Below are positions 63,819-64,000 of a DNA stretch of 64,000 nucleotides, piece after piece; the stretch's first letter is position 1; every line of letters starts with the position of its first letter. The stretch lies in sequence record OK905446.1, one strand, 5' to 3'. The notes below the pieces were generated by a model that had not been told where the DNA came from, made no database searches, and saw only the letters and a list, made by a program, of their open reading frames with translations. The translations under genes were made by a program, and so were the position numbers.

Positions 63819-64000
63819 TTAAAATTCGATGTTAGATGTTTGAACTGTTTTAACAGCACCGATTTTAGCAGGTTTACCGAAACAGTCAACACCACCAGTA
63901 ACTCGAACTGTAAAATTGTCTTTGTTGCCAAGACGATTCACAGAGTTTTCATCGTGAGAAATGATTTCAACTTCAGTGTATTTGCCAAAACCTTGATTGA
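63819..64000 (-). CDS. hypothetical protein, 5'-truncated by window edge
   Basis: Open frame ...NQGFGKYTEVEII...SNIEF* from edge. Confidence 0.6.
   Translation of the reverse strand, partial: NQGFGKYTEVEIISHDENSVNRLGNKDNFTVRVTGGVDCFGKPAKIGAVKTVQTSNIEF

Noticed and set aside
1-64000. Most plus-strand ORFs in the track (e.g. 16634-17134, 47097-47474, 56874-57209, 58469-58804)
   Set aside because: Antisense shadows of well-supported minus-strand genes, with no SD, promoter or motif. Only 41793, 47836 and 55527 are supported.
1-64000. tRNA, rRNA, CRISPR arrays, integrase or IS elements
   Set aside because: No T-loop/D-loop cloverleaf, regularly spaced repeat-spacer units or transposase/integrase motifs seen by eye; a tRNAscan run would be needed to exclude atypical tRNAs.

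Overview
64 kb slice of a large lytic T4-like (Straboviridae-type) phage genome, most similar in gene content to the Vibrio KVP40/nt-1 group. That assignment is inferred from gene content, not from a database search. About 135 tightly packed genes, nearly all on the minus strand, make up an early/accessory region. Recognisable genes: nadR, denV, tk, natV (NMNAT-Nudix), dda, grcA, a Pol-beta nucleotidyltransferase, a K+ channel, rIIA/rIIB, an adenine MTase plus ardA, RNA ligase 2, gp49, gp31, a 7-deazaguanine cluster (queD, folE, TGT/DpdA-like, queF, queC, Gat), dCMP deaminase, a macro domain and pseT. Sigma70-type early promoters, several embedded in repeated stem-loop (PeSL-like) cassettes, drive most genes. 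T4 late boxes (TATAAATA and variants) mark scattered late islands. No tRNA, rRNA or CRISPR was found. Most unusual signals: (1) an intergenic array of eight co-oriented host DnaA boxes (19585-19692), a candidate DnaA decoy or host-type origin, plus a matching box pair at 14609-14629 and an in-phase TAG-triplet (DnaA-trio-like) tract at 39297-39344; (2) a dispersed set of late genes with T4 capsid-targeting-like N-termini, which are candidate injected effectors; (3) a structured antisense late RNA at 31874-32005; (4) a fibre protein with two N-terminal foldon motifs; (5) a late six-codon minigene unit.
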